A stretch of 64,000 nt of DNA from an uncultured Pseudomonadota bacterium (GTDB taxonomy: Bacteria; Oederibacteriota; Muellerivitia; Muellerivitales; Muellerivitaceae). The position numbers and the translations under genes are program-made. How positions within the stretch are numbered: position 1 is the stretch's first letter; each line of letters opens with the position of its first letter. Below are positions 61,273 to 64,000 of this stretch, one piece after another. The notes under the pieces are model-generated. The model was not told the DNA's origin. It saw only the letters and a program-made list of their open reading frames with translations, and searched no databases. The DNA is taken from the NCBI GenBank assembly GCA_963770835.1, contig CAVYRH010000003.1, positions 96,001-160,000 of the forward strand, given 5' to 3'.

Positions 61273-62207
61273 GCTGGAAATCCAAAGACCTCCTGACCCT
61301 GGAAGAACTTACGGCTGAGGAAATCACCCTCATCCTGGACACCGCCTCTTCCTTCAAAGAAGTTTCCACGCGGTCGGTAAAAAAAGTGCCGGCCTTGAGG
61401 GGTCGCACGGTGGTGCTTTTCTTCCACGAGCCCTCCACCCGCACCCGCATTTCCTTCGAACTGGCGGCTAAGCGCCTGAGTGCCGACATCCTTAATGTTC
61501 AAACCGCTTCTTCCTCACTGGTCAAGGGGGAGACCCTTATCGACACTCTGAAGACCTTGGAATCCATGACCATCGACGCCCTGGTGGTGCGGCACAAGTC
61601 TTCGGGCGTGCCCCAAATGCTGGCCTCTGTTACGAAGGCCTCGGTCATCAACGCGGGGGACGGGTCCCATGAGCACCCAACCCAGGGCTTGCTGGACCTT
61701 TTCACCATCCGTGAGCAGAAAGGGAAGATCGAGGGACTCACCGTCACCATCGTTGGGGACATCACCCACAGTCGCGTGGCCCGGTCGAATATCCATGCCT
61801 TGAACAAGCTGGGGGCCAAGGTTCGCCTCTGTGCGCCTCCCACCCTCTTGCCCGTAGGCATCGAAAAGATGGGGGCTGCGGTTTATCACGATCTGGATAA
61901 GGCACTGGAAGGCACCGACGTGGTCTATGTGCTGCGGCTGCAGTTGGAACGGCAAAAGAACAACCTCTTTCCCACCATTCGTGAATACTCCATGACGTTC
62001 GGAGTGAACAACGAAAGGCTCAAGCGGGCCAAAAAGGACGCCATTGTCATGCATCCAGGCCCCATGAACCGAGGGGTGGAAATTTCATCAGGCGTGGCCG
62101 ATGGGTCCGCTTCAGTCATCGATGACCAGGTCACCAACGGTGTGGCTGTACGGATGGCGGTCTTATACCTGCTGCAGGGAGAAAGTAAGGAAGGGGCCAA
62201 CCCATGA
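61269..62207 (+). CDS. pyrB: Aspartate carbamoyltransferase catalytic subunit
   Basis: [22 protein letters not shown]. Confidence 0.97.
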   Translation: MSWKSKDLLTLEELTAEEITLILDTASSFKEVSTRSVKKVPALRGRTVVLFFHEPSTRTRISFELAAKRLSADILNVQTASSSLVKGETLIDTLKTLESMTIDALVVRHKSSGVPQMLASVTKASVINAGDGSHEHPTQGLLDLFTIREQKGKIEGLTVTIVGDITHSRVARSNIHALNKLGAKVRLCAPPTLLPVGIEKMGAAVYHDLDKALEGTDVVYVLRLQLERQKNNLFPTIREYSMTFGVNNERLKRAKKDAIVMHPGPMNRGVEISSGVADGSASVIDDQVTNGVAVRMAVLYLLQGESKEGANP

Positions 62208-63490
62208 AAACCCTATTGATCCAAGGCGGCCACGTGGTGGACCCGGCCAACCAAATTGACGGCGAAGCCGATATCTTTATCAAGGATGGCAAAATCGAGA
62301 AAGTTGGAAAGGGTCTGAAGATCAAGGCCGACCAGGTGATCGACGCCAAGGGCAAGATCGTGACGCCGGGCCTGGTCGATATCCACGTGCATTTCCGCGA
62401 ACCTGGGTTTGAGTATAAGGAAACCATCGCCACGGGTTCTCATTCGGCGGTGGCCGGGGGGGTTACTTCGGTGGCCTGCATGCCCAATACCAACCCGCCC
62501 ATCGACGACCAAGCTATCGTTTACTTCATCAAGAGCAAGGCGGAAAAGGAAGGCTACTGCCACGTTTATCCCATCGGTTGCATCTCCAAACGCCGGGAGG
62601 GCCAGGAAATGGCTGAATTGGGCGAATTGAAAAAAGCCGGGGCGGTGGCCCTGTCCGACGACGGCGCGCCTATTATGAACGCCGAGTTGATGCGCCGGGT
62701 CATGGAATACGCCAAGATGCTGGACCTGACGGTGATTGACCACTGTGAGGATTCGCACCTTTCCAACGAAGGTGTCATGCACGAGGGGGAAGCCTCGACG
62801 GCCCTGGGCTTGCGGGGAATCCCGGCGGCCTCGGAAACGGTAATGGTGGCCCGCAATATCCTGCTGGCGGAGATGACCGGCGCCAAATTCCACGCGGCCC
62901 ATGTCTCCACGGCAGGGTCGGTGGAATTGATCCGGCAAGCCAAGAAAAAGGGAATCAACGTCACCGCCGAGACATGCCCCCACTACTGGACTTTGTCCGA
63001 CAAATCCATCAAAAACTACAACGCCAACTTCAAGATGAACCCTCCCTTGAGGGGCGAGGAAGACGTGGCGGCCATCCGCAAAGGCATCAAGGAAGGCGTC
63101 ATCGACTGCATCTGCACCGATCACGCCCCCCATGCCTCCACCGAAAAGCAGTGCGAGTTCGACCAGGCGGCCTTCGGGATCGTGGGCCTGGAAACCCTGT
63201 TCCCCCTCACTTACAGCCACCTGGTGGAGCCGGGGGTCATCTCCCTGTCCCGGGCGGTGGAAATGATGACCACCTCTGCGGCTAAGATTATCGGAATTCC
63301 CAAGGGAACATTGTCGGAAGGGGTCGAAGCGGATTTGTCGATCTTCGACATCAAGAACGAGCGCAAGGTAGACGCCAAGAAGTTCAAAAGCAAAGGCAAG
63401 AACACCCCCTTCAATGGATGGAATCTTAAGGGCTGGGCGGTGGCGACGATCGTGAGTGGGGAAGTGAAATACCAAGCCGATAATGAATAG
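62204..63490 (+). CDS. pyrC: Dihydroorotase
   Basis: [23 protein letters not shown]. Confidence 0.96.
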   Translation: MKTLLIQGGHVVDPANQIDGEADIFIKDGKIEKVGKGLKIKADQVIDAKGKIVTPGLVDIHVHFREPGFEYKETIATGSHSAVAGGVTSVACMPNTNPPIDDQAIVYFIKSKAEKEGYCHVYPIGCISKRREGQEMAELGELKKAGAVALSDDGAPIMNAELMRRVMEYAKMLDLTVIDHCEDSHLSNEGVMHEGEASTALGLRGIPAASETVMVARNILLAEMTGAKFHAAHVSTAGSVELIRQAKKKGINVTAETCPHYWTLSDKSIKNYNANFKMNPPLRGEEDVAAIRKGIKEGVIDCICTDHAPHASTEKQCEFDQAAFGIVGLETLFPLTYSHLVEPGVISLSRAVEMMTTSAAKIIGIPKGTLSEGVEADLSIFDIKNERKVDAKKFKSKGKNTPFNGWNLKGWAVATIVSGEVKYQADNE

Positions 63491-63500
63491 GGGAGTTGGA

Positions 63501-64000
63501 ATGAAGTCCAACAAGGTAAAAAGGGCGATCTTAGCCCTGGAAGATGGAACCTGGTTCGAGGGCCAGGCTTTTGGCGCCGACGGTAAATCCTTTGGTGAGG
63601 TGGTTTTCAACACCTCCATGACGGGCTATCAGGAAATCCTGACCGATCCCTCCTACCGGGGCCAGATCGTCACCATGACTTACCCCTTGATCGGCAATTA
63701 CGGCGTTAATCCGGTGGACGTTGAATCCCGCAAGCCCTTCTTGGCCGGGTTCGTTGTCAAGGAATACTGCAAACACCCTTCCAACTATCGCATGACCACA
63801 ACCCTTGGCGAGTACCTGAAAAAGAACAATATCATTAGTATCGAAGGTATCGACACTCGCGCTTTGACCGCCCATCTACGCACTCACGGGGCTAAAAAGG
63901 GTGTCATTTCAACCCAGGATCTGGACCCGAAACGACTGGTGAAACAAGCCAAGGCCAGCCCTGGCCTGGAAGGACGGGACTTGGTGAAGGAGGTCACCTG
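63501..64000 (+). CDS. carA: Carbamoyl-phosphate synthase small subunit (runs off the window)
   Basis: [46 protein letters not shown]. Confidence 0.95.
   Translation, partial: MKSNKVKRAILALEDGTWFEGQAFGADGKSFGEVVFNTSMTGYQEILTDPSYRGQIVTMTYPLIGNYGVNPVDVESRKPFLAGFVVKEYCKHPSNYRMTTTLGEYLKKNNIISIEGIDTRALTAHLRTHGAKKGVISTQDLDPKRLVKQAKASPGLEGRDLVKEVT

Overview
Bacterial chromosomal window of moderate-to-high GC. A GT9 heptosyltransferase-like gene, an O-antigen ligase/polymerase-like gene and an LpoA-like lipoprotein suggest a diderm envelope. 1-6.3 kb holds two Rhs polymorphic-toxin modules with candidate immunity genes; this part has low sequence quality, with a ~1 kb poly-T/A artefact and homopolymer frameshifts. 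7.1-14.9 kb is the most unusual part: five unrelated, co-oriented gene units are separated by six direct copies of a 28-bp site, TGTCCACGACG-GGGACC-CGTCGTGGACA (11-6-11 architecture, as in tyrosine-recombinase core sites). A group II intron whose EBS1 loop is complementary to the site has inserted into copy 4, and a truncated IS1111-type element abuts copy 1. No cognate recombinase is visible in the window. 14.9-36.6 kb holds polysaccharide/envelope genes, glycoside hydrolases and dut. hisS and aspS are separated by a ~5.8 kb accessory island containing a tandem ParB-like gene split by IS5, a HEPN/AbiU2-like gene split by an IS200-family element, and a PIN toxin-antitoxin pair. The remainder holds a GH36 gene, phoH-ybeY-CNNM-PHP-era-pyk, a hybrid histidine kinase and a PyrR-attenuated pyrR-pyrB-pyrC-carA operon. 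At least four families of short dispersed intergenic repeats are present, including a ~159-bp MITE with 8-bp target duplications. All calls are from reading the sequence and motif recall; no database searches were run.
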